Positions 1-8,295 of a DNA stretch of 24,000 nucleotides are shown in pieces. Location: contig JAGVMV010000017.1 of NCBI GenBank assembly GCA_020053595.1, positions 66,204 through 90,203 of the forward strand. Direction: 5' to 3'. Position 1 is the first letter of the stretch. Each line of letters starts with the position of its first letter. This stretch comes from Thermoleophilia bacterium (GTDB taxonomy: Bacteria > Actinomycetota > Thermoleophilia > BMS3ABIN01). Both the position numbers and the translations under genes were made by a program. The notes under the pieces were generated by a model. That model saw only the letters and a program-made list of their open reading frames with translations, did no database searches and was not told the origin of the DNA.

Positions 1-394
1 TGGGGGCCAGTAGTGGCAGGCGGCCCTCCTGCTCGACCGTCTCATAGGCGATACAGGTGGCGCCTGTCTCCATCAGCTGCCGCGCCAACTCCGGTTGGGG
101 CGCCAGATGCAGGAAGGAAAAGATTGTATGTTCCGGCTTTAGCAGCGCCACTTCCCGGGGTGAAGGATCCTTGACCTTGACGATGAGCTCCGCCGTTTCA
201 AAAAGCTCCTCGAAGCTTTCGATGATACGGGCGCCCTGGCTCTCGTAGGCAGAGTCCGGCAATTTGCTGCCGTCGCCGGCGCCCGCCTGGACCAGAACCG
301 TCATGCCCGCTCCCACCAGCTCGCGAACCCCGGCCGGCGTTATGGCCACGCGGTATTCGTCAACCTCGACTTCCGATGGGACCCCGATTATCAA
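1..394 (-). CDS. ald: Alanine dehydrogenase, N-terminal ~131 codons (3' end beyond window start)
   Basis: Manual reverse translation gives (M)IIGVPSEVEVDEYRVAITPAGVRELVGAGMTVLVQAGAGDGS...LIVKVKDP...FSFLHLAPQPEL...TCIAYETVEQEGRLPLLAP. This matches the conserved Ald N-terminus (RVAITPAGV, KVKEP, FxYLHLA, IAYETV, LPLLAP). The start is TTG at 394, the first possible start after an in-frame TAA. AAGGAG lies 7 nt upstream. The ORF is missing from the track because it is truncated by the window edge. Confidence 0.85.
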   Translation of the reverse strand, partial: MIIGVPSEVEVDEYRVAITPAGVRELVGAGMTVLVQAGAGDGSKLPDSAYESQGARIIESFEELFETAELIVKVKDPSPREVALLKPEHTIFSFLHLAPQPELARQLMETGATCIAYETVEQEGRLPLLAP

Positions 395-507
395 TCTCTT
401 CTCCTTGTCGCTGAGTTATGCCAATAATTGCTGATCGTAAAACCTTGCACACCGGCCCGGCCAGCAGCCAGTCTGCATCGCGCGCCGCAGCCTGCCGTAG
501 CTAATAT

Positions 508-1038
508 TCAACCGCGCCCGGCCAATTCCCTGTGCGCGAGCAAAACGCCGATGATCGATTTGCCATCCTTAAGCTCTTGCAACAGCTCCGGCAGGGGGTC
601 CAGCGGACGCTGTTCGGGCTCGATGAACTCCTCGTGATCACTGTCCTCTTCGCCATGGGTGAGTTCTTCCGCAAGAAAGACATGCAATATCTCATCGCAA
701 AAACCAGGTGATGAATAAAAGGCGGTCAGACGGGTGAGTTTACCGGCCGTCAGCCCCAGTTCCTCGCGAAGCTCGCGCCGGGCGCAGTCGGCGGGATCCT
801 CACCGGGATCGAGCTTGCCGGCGGGCACCTCCAGGAGCTGCTGCCCGATGGCGTCGCGATACTGGCGCACCAGATGCACCGTACCATCGCCGTCGACAGG
901 AACGATAACCGCCGCCCCGGGGTGCTCCATGACCTCGCGGATCGTCCGGTTGCCGTCGGGCAACTCCACCTGATCCACCCGCAGCCTGATCAGGCGGCCC
1001 TTGTAGACGTATTCCGATGAAAGGATGCGGTTATTCAA
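508..1038 (-). CDS. nudF: Nudix hydrolase, ADP-ribose pyrophosphatase type
   Basis: Exact Nudix box GKLDPGEDPADCARRELREELGL (G-x5-E-x7-REUxEExGU). The N-terminal YKGRLIRLRVDQVELPDGN is typical of ADP-ribose pyrophosphatases. I moved the start from the track's 1149 to TTG at 1038. That TTG overlaps the upstream gene's TGA as TTGA and gives about 176 aa, a typical size. The start is inferred. Confidence 0.8.
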   Translation of the reverse strand: MNNRILSSEYVYKGRLIRLRVDQVELPDGNRTIREVMEHPGAAVIVPVDGDGTVHLVRQYRDAIGQQLLEVPAGKLDPGEDPADCARRELREELGLTAGKLTRLTAFYSSPGFCDEILHVFLAEELTHGEEDSDHEEFIEPEQRPLDPLPELLQELKDGKSIIGVLLAHRELAGRG

Positions 1039-2195
1039 AAGCTCATCTGCCTGTTGTCGCCGCGGGCTTCCTCCACCAGCGCCATCAAGAATTCGTGCAT
1101 CTGCTGGAGTGATTCCACGGAGATATATTCTTCGGGTGTATGCACACACTCCATGCCGGTAGCAAGATTCACGCAGGGCAGCCCCTTGAGGTTGAAAACA
1201 TTGACATCACTGCCGCCGCCAGTCGATGTACGCTCGGTTGGCAGACCCAGGCGGCCGAATGCCCGTTCGGCCAGCTCTATGGGCAAACCGCCAGCGGAGA
1301 AATCAAATCCGTGGAATTCATCCACGACCGTTATCTCTACATCCACCTCTTCCTCCGCCGCGGCCAGGTTGATTGCTTCGAGCATATGCACAACCTGGTT
1401 TTCCAGCTTCTCCTCATCATGACTGCGAGCTTCGCAATGGATGGAACAGCGGTCAGGGACTACGTTGACCGCTTCTCCTCCCCGGATAATGCCGACATTG
1501 GCGGTAGTCTCGCCATCGAGGCGGCCCAGCTTCATCGCGGCAACCGCCTTCGCCGCCGCCGCCACGGCATTGCGGCCGTCTTCCGGCACGACGCCGGCGT
1601 GAGCCGACTTGCCGATAAATGTAGCGTTTACGGTCTTCTGTGAGGGTGAGCGCACTATGACACCGCCCACCGGACCGGTGCAGTCGAGGCAAAAACCGCA
1701 CTCGGCCACCACCGATTCCAGAGAACTTGCCTTGGCGCCGCGCAGGCCTCCCTCCTCCCCCACGGTCAGCAGGAGTTCGATACCAGCCTGGGGCATCTTG
1801 TCGCGAATGATCCGTTCCAGTGTATGGATGATGGCGGCCACCGCCGACTTGTCGTCAGCTCCCAGCACCGCACGGCTGCCGCTGCGGATAACGCCATTCA
1901 CCAGCATCGGGTCGGGCAACGCCTCGTCTTCGGAAGGGACAGTATCTGTATGGGCTGAAAGCAGGATGGGTATCCCGGGTACGCCTGCTTCCAGGCGGCA
2001 ATACAGATTCCCGGCGCTGGAGCCGCTGTCCGGGTAGAGAGGCTCCTCCTCCCGGACCTCCAGCCCCAGTCCCCGCAGCCGCGTCGTCAGAAAATCATTG
2101 ATAGCCCTCTCGTGGCCGGAAGGGCTGGGTATACGCGCCAGCTCCAGGAAAAAAGTTATCAGGGGGCCAGCTGTAGTTACGCTATCTTGCCTCAT
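1035..2195 (-). CDS. M20/M25/M40 family metallopeptidase (PepT-like)
   Basis: 386-aa ORF carrying the M20 metal and catalytic motifs [18 protein letters not shown] and [11 protein letters not shown]. The ATG at 2195 overlaps the pyrG 3' end by 14 nt. Confidence 0.8.
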   Translation of the reverse strand: MRQDSVTTAGPLITFFLELARIPSPSGHERAINDFLTTRLRGLGLEVREEEPLYPDSGSSAGNLYCRLEAGVPGIPILLSAHTDTVPSEDEALPDPMLVNGVIRSGSRAVLGADDKSAVAAIIHTLERIIRDKMPQAGIELLLTVGEEGGLRGAKASSLESVVAECGFCLDCTGPVGGVIVRSPSQKTVNATFIGKSAHAGVVPEDGRNAVAAAAKAVAAMKLGRLDGETTANVGIIRGGEAVNVVPDRCSIHCEARSHDEEKLENQVVHMLEAINLAAAEEEVDVEITVVDEFHGFDFSAGGLPIELAERAFGRLGLPTERTSTGGGSDVNVFNLKGLPCVNLATGMECVHTPEEYISVESLQQMHEFLMALVEEARGDNRQMSF

Positions 2196-3873
2196 CGATC
2201 AGTTCGGGTGAAGGGACTTCGAAAGTGTCCTCCCCTGTATGATGGCCCTGGTCGCCGGCGGTCTCCCGTTTTTGCGCCAGCTCGATGGCGGCACCAACAA
2301 AATCGCGGAAGAGCGGGTGCGGCCTGGTCGGCCTGGACTTGAACTCGGGGTGGAACTGGGTTGCCACGAACCAGGGATGGTCGGTCAGCTCGATGATCTC
2401 CACCAGCCGCTTGTCCGGCGAGGTGCCGCTGATCTTCATCCCGGCCTCCACCAGTTTCGGCCGCAGGGCATTGTTGACCTCATAACGATGGCGGTGGCGC
2501 TCGTGAATGGTGCGCTCGCCATATGCCTTGACTGCTTTCCCGGAGCGTGACAGCTTGCAGGGATAAGAGCCCAGCCGCATGGTGCCTCCCATGGCCTCCA
2601 CGTCCTTTTGTTCTGGCAGCAGATCGATGACCGGGTAGGGCGAGCTCTGGTCAAACTCGGAGCTGTTGGCCCCGGGCATGCCGGCGACATTGCGGGCGTA
2701 CTCGACTACGGCACACTGCATTCCCAGGCAGATGCCCAGAAAGGGGATATTGTTCTCGCGGGCATAGGTCACAGCCTGCACCTTGCCCTCGATGGCCCGT
2801 GGCCCGAAACCACCGGGGATCAGTATGCCGTCGACGTCGCGCAGCTGGGATTCCACCAGCATTGGCGACACGTCTTCGGAATCCACCCAGACCAGCTCCA
2901 GTTCGCGATTATGAAAAACGGCCGCGTTCTTCAGCGCCTGGATCACGCTCATATAGGCATCCCATAACTGAACGTACTTGCCGACCAGGGCGATCCTTAC
3001 CTTGTCCTTGCAGGAATTTATCCGGTCCACCAGCTCCTGCCAGTCGGCGAGGTCAGGCTCCGCCGCCTCGATGCCCAGTTTCCGGATAACCAGCTCATCC
3101 AGCCCCTCGTCGTGAAGAATCAGCGGCACCATGTAGATATCGGGAGCGTCGATCGCCGTGACCACCGCTTCGACTTCGATGTCGCAAAGAAGCGCGATCT
3201 TCTCCCGCAGACCCTTGTTCAAGTGGCGCGGCGACCGGCAAACGATAACATCCGGCGTGATGCCGATGCCACGCAGCTCCTTTACCGAGTGCTGCGTCGG
3301 CTTGGTCTTCTGTTCACCCGCCGCTTCGAGGTACGGAACCAGGGAAACGTGGATGTAGAGCGCGTTCTCCCGGCCGACATCGTTGCGGAACTGGCGAATG
3401 GCCTCCAGGAACGGCAGCGACTCGATATCGCCGACGGTGCCACCGATCTCGGTGATGACCACATCGACGCCGCCGCCCATGTCGGCCACGCGATGGATGC
3501 GCTGCTTGATCTCGTTGGTGATGTGCGGGATCAGCTGGACGGTCTTGCCAAGGTAATCTCCCCGGCGCTCCTTGTTGATGACGCTGAAGTAGACGGTCCC
3601 GGAGGTTACGTTACAGTCGCTGGTCAGATTTTCATCGACATAGCGCTCATAGTGGCCGAGGTCGAGATCGGTCTCGGCGCCGTCTTCGGTTACAAACACC
3701 TCTCCGTGCTCGTAGGGGCTCATCGTGCCAGGGTCGACGTTGATGTAGGGATCCAGCTTCTGCATCTGCACCTTGAGGCCACGGCTTCGCAGCAACCGCC
3801 CCAATGATGCGGCTGTGATGCCTTTTCCCAGCGACGATACCACCCCACCAGTCACGAAAATATGTTTAGCCAT
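2182..3873 (-). CDS. pyrG: CTP synthase
   Basis: 563 aa. The N-terminus [25 protein letters not shown] and the C-terminal glutamine amidotransferase motif (GICLGMQ) are unmistakable PyrG. ATG start at 3873. Confidence 0.97.
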   Translation of the reverse strand: MAKHIFVTGGVVSSLGKGITAASLGRLLRSRGLKVQMQKLDPYINVDPGTMSPYEHGEVFVTEDGAETDLDLGHYERYVDENLTSDCNVTSGTVYFSVINKERRGDYLGKTVQLIPHITNEIKQRIHRVADMGGGVDVVITEIGGTVGDIESLPFLEAIRQFRNDVGRENALYIHVSLVPYLEAAGEQKTKPTQHSVKELRGIGITPDVIVCRSPRHLNKGLREKIALLCDIEVEAVVTAIDAPDIYMVPLILHDEGLDELVIRKLGIEAAEPDLADWQELVDRINSCKDKVRIALVGKYVQLWDAYMSVIQALKNAAVFHNRELELVWVDSEDVSPMLVESQLRDVDGILIPGGFGPRAIEGKVQAVTYARENNIPFLGICLGMQCAVVEYARNVAGMPGANSSEFDQSSPYPVIDLLPEQKDVEAMGGTMRLGSYPCKLSRSGKAVKAYGERTIHERHRHRYEVNNALRPKLVEAGMKISGTSPDKRLVEIIELTDHPWFVATQFHPEFKSRPTRPHPLFRDFVGAAIELAQKRETAGDQGHHTGEDTFEVPSPELIDEAR

Positions 3874-3914
3874 GCGTCTGCCGCCTTTCCCAGCCAGTTA
3901 AATGATTATTGAAC

Positions 3915-3940
3915 GAAAAAACCGGAGGCTCGGCTCCGGT
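3915..3940 (-). terminator. Rho-independent terminator in the fdx-pyrG spacer (possible pyrG leader attenuator)
   Basis: The minus-strand RNA reads ACCGGAG-CCGAGC-CUCCGGU, a 7-bp GC-rich stem with a 6-nt loop, followed by UUUUU. It lies about 130 nt after the fdx stop and about 42 nt before the pyrG ATG. Confidence 0.6.
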
Positions 3941-4022
3941 AAGTTGAAAAACTGATAAATTTTCGGACCTTGCGCCCATCGGCTATCCTGTTGCCATCGT
4001 GGTGGTCTGATTACAATCGGAG

Positions 4023-4031
4023 AGTATATCA
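4023..4031 (-). promoter_or_regulatory. Candidate extended -10 promoter element (TGATATACT) for the pyrG leader
   Basis: The minus strand reads TGATATACT, matching TGn + TATAAT with 5 of 6 in the hexamer. The -35 is poor (TTTCCC at 17-nt spacing). This is a motif match only. Confidence 0.3.
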
Positions 4032-4070
4032 CCTGGCGCCTCATCGGGAAAGTGCTACCGCCTGCGCCCT

Positions 4071-4268
4071 CTACTCCTCTTCGTAGGTAATGGCATCCTC
4101 AGGACAATTCTCCACAGCCGCCTCGATGCACCCCTCCAGCCCGAAAAAGTCCGAAATAATAACATGCGAAAGGTTATCAGACTCGTCGATCAGGAAAACC
4201 TCGGGGCAGATTGCCTCACAATTGCCACAGGCCACGCATTTTTCCGGATCGACTTTCGGTATTTTCAA
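4071..4268 (-). CDS. fdx: Small single-cluster [4Fe-4S] ferredoxin (65 aa)
   Basis: CVACGNCEAICP (CxxCxxCxxxCP) plus a distal C...CP. The Cys positions 11, 14, 17 and 55, with the extra pair 21/47, mirror Thermotoga/Pyrococcus-type monocluster ferredoxins. I chose the TTG start at 4268 because AAAGGAG lies 8 nt upstream and the N-terminus MKIPKVDPEKC is typical. The track's start at 4319 would add 17 aa. Confidence 0.8.
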   Translation of the reverse strand: MKIPKVDPEKCVACGNCEAICPEVFLIDESDNLSHVIISDFFGLEGCIEAAVENCPEDAITYEEE

Positions 4269-4330
4269 TTCCCGGTCTCCTTTATAAGCCTTGGCGCAGT
4301 CCGCTTCTCTGTCGTTCACGCCCGGCCATC

Positions 4331-4339
4331 ATTCTAGCA
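4331..4339 (-). promoter_or_regulatory. Candidate extended -10 promoter element (TGCTAGAAT) upstream of fdx
   Basis: The minus strand reads TGCTAGAAT (TGn + TAGAAT) in the 108-nt CDF-fdx spacer. There is no good -35. If used, the transcript would start near 4324. That favours the SD-preceded TTG at 4268 as the fdx start. Confidence 0.3.
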
Positions 4340-4408
4340 TACGACCCAGATATTCCGGGCTATGAGCGGCTATTGAAGGCAAGTTGTTCCGCCGCGGCGT
4401 TTTTCAAA

Positions 4409-4421
4409 GCTCCTGCGGAGC
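4409..4421 (-). terminator. Weak stem-loop after the CDF gene
   Basis: The minus RNA reads GCUCC-GCA-GGAGC followed by UUUGAAAAA, starting 6 nt after the CDF stop. The stem is short and only 3 U follow. Confidence 0.2.
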
Positions 4422-4427
4422 AGACGC

Positions 4428-5327
4428 CTATCTGCCTGGCTCGATATGGATGATCACATCCGCCTGTTCGCCAAATTCCATTTTCAGCCGCCGCTCGACG
4501 TGGGAAGCAAGCTCATGGGAGCGGCGCGTGGTCAGCTCCGGCTCCACCAGAAGATGCAGATCGATCCAGTAGCCCGACTCACTGCCCCGGGTGCGGATTT
4601 TATGACAGCCGAGAATTTCTTTTTCGCCGCCACCGAGACAGATCTCTTCGACTTTCGCCGGGTCAAGGACGGCGCGATCCAGCAGGACGACTGAAGCCTC
4701 CTTCACTATCCTGAAAGCCGCGTAACCGATGACCAGGGAGATAAAACCGCCGACGAGCGCATCAATCTCCGGATGTCCGAGACGCACCGCGATCAGGCTG
4801 GCTACTACGGAAAAGGAAACATAGACGTCACTTAGAGTGTGTTTGGAATCGGCGACCAGGAAGACGCTGTTCAGCTTCCTGCCCTGCCGGCGCTCGTAGA
4901 TGCTGACGCAAATGTTGATGACTATGGTCAAACCCATCATCGAAAAAGCGGGCACGCCGGCATCCGGACTGGCCGGGCTATCGGTGGTCAGACGGCCATA
5001 GACGCTTTCACCGATCTGCACTGCGGTGATCAGCAACAGTATTACGATACCCATGCTGGCAAAAGTTTCGAACTTGGAGTGGCCATAGGCATGGCTGTCG
5101 TCCCGCGGGCGAGAAGCCAGGCTGATGCCTATCAGCCCGATGATGTTGGAGGAACCGTCCATCAGCGAATGGAATGAATCGGCCACCATGCCAATGGAGT
5201 GGCTCAGGAGCCCGACGACAAGCTTTCCCACGGCAACCGCGATGTTGGCGATGAGAACGTAGATCAGAACCATCCTGATCTGATGGTAGCGTTCCTGGCT
5301 GGTGTTTTTGCTGGTCACGCCGTTCAT
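4428..5327 (-). CDS. Cation diffusion facilitator (CDF) family divalent-metal efflux transporter, HD-HD (Zn/Co/Cd-like) site
   Basis: Six hydrophobic segments and a C-terminal cytoplasmic domain. The TM2 motif is HSLMD and the TM5 motif is HTLSD, the HxxxD/HxxxD quartet seen in ZitB/CzcD/ZnT-type CDFs. AYGHSKFE is also present. I chose the ATG at 5327 (MNGVTSKN...) because the track's start at 5369 is a TTG inside the upstream gene. Confidence 0.85.
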   Translation of the reverse strand: MNGVTSKNTSQERYHQIRMVLIYVLIANIAVAVGKLVVGLLSHSIGMVADSFHSLMDGSSNIIGLIGISLASRPRDDSHAYGHSKFETFASMGIVILLLITAVQIGESVYGRLTTDSPASPDAGVPAFSMMGLTIVINICVSIYERRQGRKLNSVFLVADSKHTLSDVYVSFSVVASLIAVRLGHPEIDALVGGFISLVIGYAAFRIVKEASVVLLDRAVLDPAKVEEICLGGGEKEILGCHKIRTRGSESGYWIDLHLLVEPELTTRRSHELASHVERRLKMEFGEQADVIIHIEPGR

Positions 5328-5343
5328 TTTTCTTAAAACTTGA

Positions 5344-6492
5344 TCAGCGCCGGCGGCGCAGGCCGACAAGGGCGGCAGCCGTTAAAATGCCGGCCGCGGC
5401 AACGCCGGTCAGTGAGCCCTTGCCCTTGCCCTGCCGGTCGAGCGCCGCGTCTTCCGGCAGGTAGTCCTGCAGCAGCTGCCCCCACCGGGTCTCCGCTATC
5501 TGGTTAAGATGTTTCCAGCCGGAATACGGATACCAGCAGTAATCCTGCAATAATTCCGCGGCCCTGGCTGGCAGTAGTGATCCCGGAGAAAACAGGTTGC
5601 TACCCAATCCACCGCCATCCGGTCCATCGAATTGGAAGTTTATGGCGGCGATGTCCTCGCCGGCCATTTCAATTTCGCTTATGTCGCCACAACCCAATCC
5701 CCGTTCGTGGGCCTTACGGATGTAACCGATTGACAGGGGGTCGAAGCCCATCATCCTGGCGATTACGGCGTCCACGGCAACCGGATCAGCGCCGGCCAGA
5801 ATGTATCCTTTCTCATAAGAGGTGAGCGCCCGGGGCCCGGGACCGTCGCCACAGAAGACACCGTCAGCCACGATAAATAATCCGGGGTGCAATTCCTGCT
5901 GCAGCGCCAGCAGATCGACGAGCAGATCATCGATCCCGGCGCCGCTGAGCAGGGCATTTTCACGCTCAAGGCCACCGATTGCGTTCTGCATGGCGCCGGC
6001 CAGGAAAGCCCGCGCATGCGTCTTCATGGTCGGCAGATGAATGATGTTACTACCGGGGAAAAAGTCCGGAACCAGTATTCCCTCCGGGTATATTTGATCG
6101 ATGACCGGCAACGCCACCCGGGAGCGGTAACGGTTCCAGTTCACCGGGGGCTCTTCGAGGCAGGTTATGCCGATGCCCAGACGCTCGACGGCAGTGGTGA
6201 GGCCGTTGTTGCGTTCGGCGCGGCGAGGATCGATGCCGCCACAGCCACTGTCAGCGGGGATGATACTGGCCGCGTCATAACCATCGTCGACCAGCGCCCT
6301 GCAGACGCCCTCCAGCTGCCAGGGCGCCGTGGAGCAGGCAGGGAACCAGAGATCCCAGGAGAGATTGATCTTCAGCACGGTATTGTGGCCCGGTTTGACG
6401 AACCCGGTACATCCGGATTCCCGGAGTAGTCTTCCGTAATCATCGATAACCGTCTCCGGGCCGGTTTTTAGAATGGTTACTTTTGAGTTCAA
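5344..6492 (-). CDS. DUF362 domain protein with C-terminal transmembrane tail
   Basis: The layout resembles the DUF362 (COG2006) family: KVTILKTG..., VLKINLS, HLPTMKTHARAFLAGAMQNAIGGL and ADPVAVDAV. The C-terminus is GVAAAGILTAAALVGLRRRR, a hydrophobic helix with a basic end. No N-terminal signal peptide is present. The TTG start at 6492 overlaps the recN TGA as TTGA. Confidence 0.65.
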   Translation of the reverse strand: MNSKVTILKTGPETVIDDYGRLLRESGCTGFVKPGHNTVLKINLSWDLWFPACSTAPWQLEGVCRALVDDGYDAASIIPADSGCGGIDPRRAERNNGLTTAVERLGIGITCLEEPPVNWNRYRSRVALPVIDQIYPEGILVPDFFPGSNIIHLPTMKTHARAFLAGAMQNAIGGLERENALLSGAGIDDLLVDLLALQQELHPGLFIVADGVFCGDGPGPRALTSYEKGYILAGADPVAVDAVIARMMGFDPLSIGYIRKAHERGLGCGDISEIEMAGEDIAAINFQFDGPDGGGLGSNLFSPGSLLPARAAELLQDYCWYPYSGWKHLNQIAETRWGQLLQDYLPEDAALDRQGKGKGSLTGVAAAGILTAAALVGLRRRR

Positions 6493-8282
6493 CGGCTGCC
6501 CGTTTTCGTCGAAGTTCCGTTTTTGATCGACGCTCGACTGTTTTTTGTATCAGAAATCTTCTGCGTCCTCAGCAGCAAATCACACGCGTGGGCGCGAGCC
6601 TTGCCGTCTTCGGGTTTCGAGCCCATCATGCGGCAGAGCTCATCGACGACTTCCTCTCCCTGCAGCCGCTCCACCGCGGTCACCGTCTGGCCACCGGCGG
6701 ACCGCTTGACCACCCGGAAATGCGCGTCAGCATAGCAGGCTATCTGAGGCAGGTGGGTGATGCAGATGATCTGTGAGCCGCTGGTCAGGCTCCTCAGCCT
6801 TGCGCCCACGGCGGCACCGGTTTCGCCGCCGATGCCGGCATCGATTTCATCGAATACCAGAGTGGCGGTATCGCGCGAGGCCAAAACGGCGCTTTTGATA
6901 GCCAGCATGATTCTTGACAACTCGCCGCCGGAAGCGGTGTCGCGCAATGGCGTTGCCGGCATTCCCGGATTCAGCCGCACCAAAAACTCAGCGTTCTCCG
7001 CTCCGTTGCGGTTGGGCGATTCAGCCTTGGACAGCCGCACTTCGAAACCACAATCGTTGAAGGCCAGCTCCCCGAGGTGCCGGCCGGCTTCCTCTTCCAG
7101 CCTGGAGGCGGCCTCCTGCCGTAACTCGCTCAATTTAGCGGCCAGCCCGAGTAGCTCCGCGGTAACGTCCGACAATTCTTTTTCCAGGGCCGGCCTGCCT
7201 TCGCTGACGCCCGTCAGCCGGGCGAGCCTCTCCGCAGAACTGGCCGAATAGTTCAGGATTTCTTCGATGCCGCCCGGTAAGCTGTTGCCGGCGGCTTTTT
7301 TGCCACTGCCGGCGACTCCCTGGCCGTCGCCATATTTTCGCTTGAGCTGTCCGATGAGGTCGAGCCGTTCCTCGACTTCCCCCAGGCGTATGGGATCACT
7401 CTGCACGGATTCCGAATAATCCCGTGCCGAGCGGCTGATTTCCTCCAGCTCATAATAATTCTTCTGCAGCCGGGCGGCGATGGCGTCCAGTTCGTCGTCG
7501 ACCCCGGCGGAGTTATCCAGCCGCGTCATCGTCTGCGAAAGGTTGTCCGTCAGGCCGATTCCGCCTTCGTCTCCACTCAGTACCGCGGTCAGCTCCGCAG
7601 TCGCTTCCCTCAATTCCTGTGCGTGGAGCAAACGCCGGCGCTCGTCCTCGAGCTCCAGATCTTCTCCCTTTACCAGCTCCGCATTTTCGATTTCGGCCAA
7701 CTGGAACCGGAGCAGTTCCGCTTCGTGTGCCTGGGCTTCGTAATCCTGGCTCAATTCAGCCAGCTGGTCAGCCAGTTCCCGGTGGCGATCGTAGGCCAGC
7801 CTATATTCATCCAGCGGGTCCACCAACCCCGTCCCGGCAAAATCATCGAGGATCTCCAGCTGACGTGACGCCAGCATCAGCCGCCGCTGCTCGTGCTGGG
7901 CGGAGAAAGCCAGCAGCCTGCCGGTAACCTCGCCCAGCACCGAGAGAGTGGCCGAGCGTCCGCCGATGAAAGCGCGGCTTCGGCCATCCCGGGAGATGCG
8001 GCGGCGCACAGCCAGCACATCTTCATCGGGAAGGTCGATTTCGCCGGCGGTATCGGCGAAAAAACCTTTGGGCAGGGAGAAAACGGCCTCGACTGAAGCT
8101 TCAGCGGCGCCTGGCCGGATGAGCCCGCTATCCGCCCGTGTGCCTAAAAGCAGGGAAATGGCATGGGCCAGGATGGTCTTGCCGGCGCCAGTCTCGCCAC
8201 TGATGACGTTAAGTCCCGCGTCAAAGACCAGGTCGGCGCCGTCGATGACCGCCAGGTTCTCTATGTGGAGTTCGATAAGCAA
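6489..8282 (-). CDS. recN: DNA repair protein RecN
   Basis: 597 aa. N-terminus (M)LIELHIENLAVIDGADLVFDAGLNVISGETGAGKTIL with a Walker A motif. A long coiled-coil middle is followed by the C-terminal SGGELSRIMLA signature and the Walker B motif LVFDEIDAGIGG. TTG start at 8282. Confidence 0.95.
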   Translation of the reverse strand: MLIELHIENLAVIDGADLVFDAGLNVISGETGAGKTILAHAISLLLGTRADSGLIRPGAAEASVEAVFSLPKGFFADTAGEIDLPDEDVLAVRRRISRDGRSRAFIGGRSATLSVLGEVTGRLLAFSAQHEQRRLMLASRQLEILDDFAGTGLVDPLDEYRLAYDRHRELADQLAELSQDYEAQAHEAELLRFQLAEIENAELVKGEDLELEDERRRLLHAQELREATAELTAVLSGDEGGIGLTDNLSQTMTRLDNSAGVDDELDAIAARLQKNYYELEEISRSARDYSESVQSDPIRLGEVEERLDLIGQLKRKYGDGQGVAGSGKKAAGNSLPGGIEEILNYSASSAERLARLTGVSEGRPALEKELSDVTAELLGLAAKLSELRQEAASRLEEEAGRHLGELAFNDCGFEVRLSKAESPNRNGAENAEFLVRLNPGMPATPLRDTASGGELSRIMLAIKSAVLASRDTATLVFDEIDAGIGGETGAAVGARLRSLTSGSQIICITHLPQIACYADAHFRVVKRSAGGQTVTAVERLQGEEVVDELCRMMGSKPEDGKARAHACDLLLRTQKISDTKNSRASIKNGTSTKTGSR

Positions 8283-8295
8283 AAGCGCCAGCGCT

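Noticed and set aside
407-424. A sigma-54-like TGGCA-N-GC motif (TTGGCATAACTCAGCG on the minus strand) upstream of ald.
   Set aside because: The GG-to-GC spacing is one nt short of the -24/-12 consensus and the -12 element is AGCG rather than TTGC. There is no supporting enhancer-binding protein gene in the window.
508-1149. Longest-ORF N-terminal extensions in the track for nudF (1149), fdx (4319), CDF (5369), nadK (9231), ispA (13065), nusB (13907) and pepP (18859).
   Set aside because: The extensions run deep into the preceding gene or add residues that do not fit the family. Shorter in-frame starts sit right after or overlapping the upstream stop, and they restore typical lengths and N-termini. 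The exact starts remain inferred.
3898-4044. A 48-aa minus-strand ORF (MRRQVIYSPIV...) that fills the fdx-pyrG spacer and runs through the terminator hairpin. It could be a leader peptide.
   Set aside because: No Shine-Dalgarno sequence precedes its ATG. The candidate promoter -10 lies inside it, so it would not be fully transcribed from that promoter. Its composition is unremarkable.
4211-4453. An 80-aa plus-strand ORF spanning the CDF-fdx spacer.
   Set aside because: It overlaps the ends of two confident minus-strand genes, has no motif or SD support, and its product is low-complexity.
5344-5430. The C-terminal SLTG + hydrophobic stretch + RRRR of the DUF362 protein, considered as an LPXTG-type sortase sorting signal.
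   Set aside because: No N-terminal secretion signal is present, the motif lacks the Pro, and DUF362 is a cytoplasmic-type domain. A tail-anchor reading fits better.
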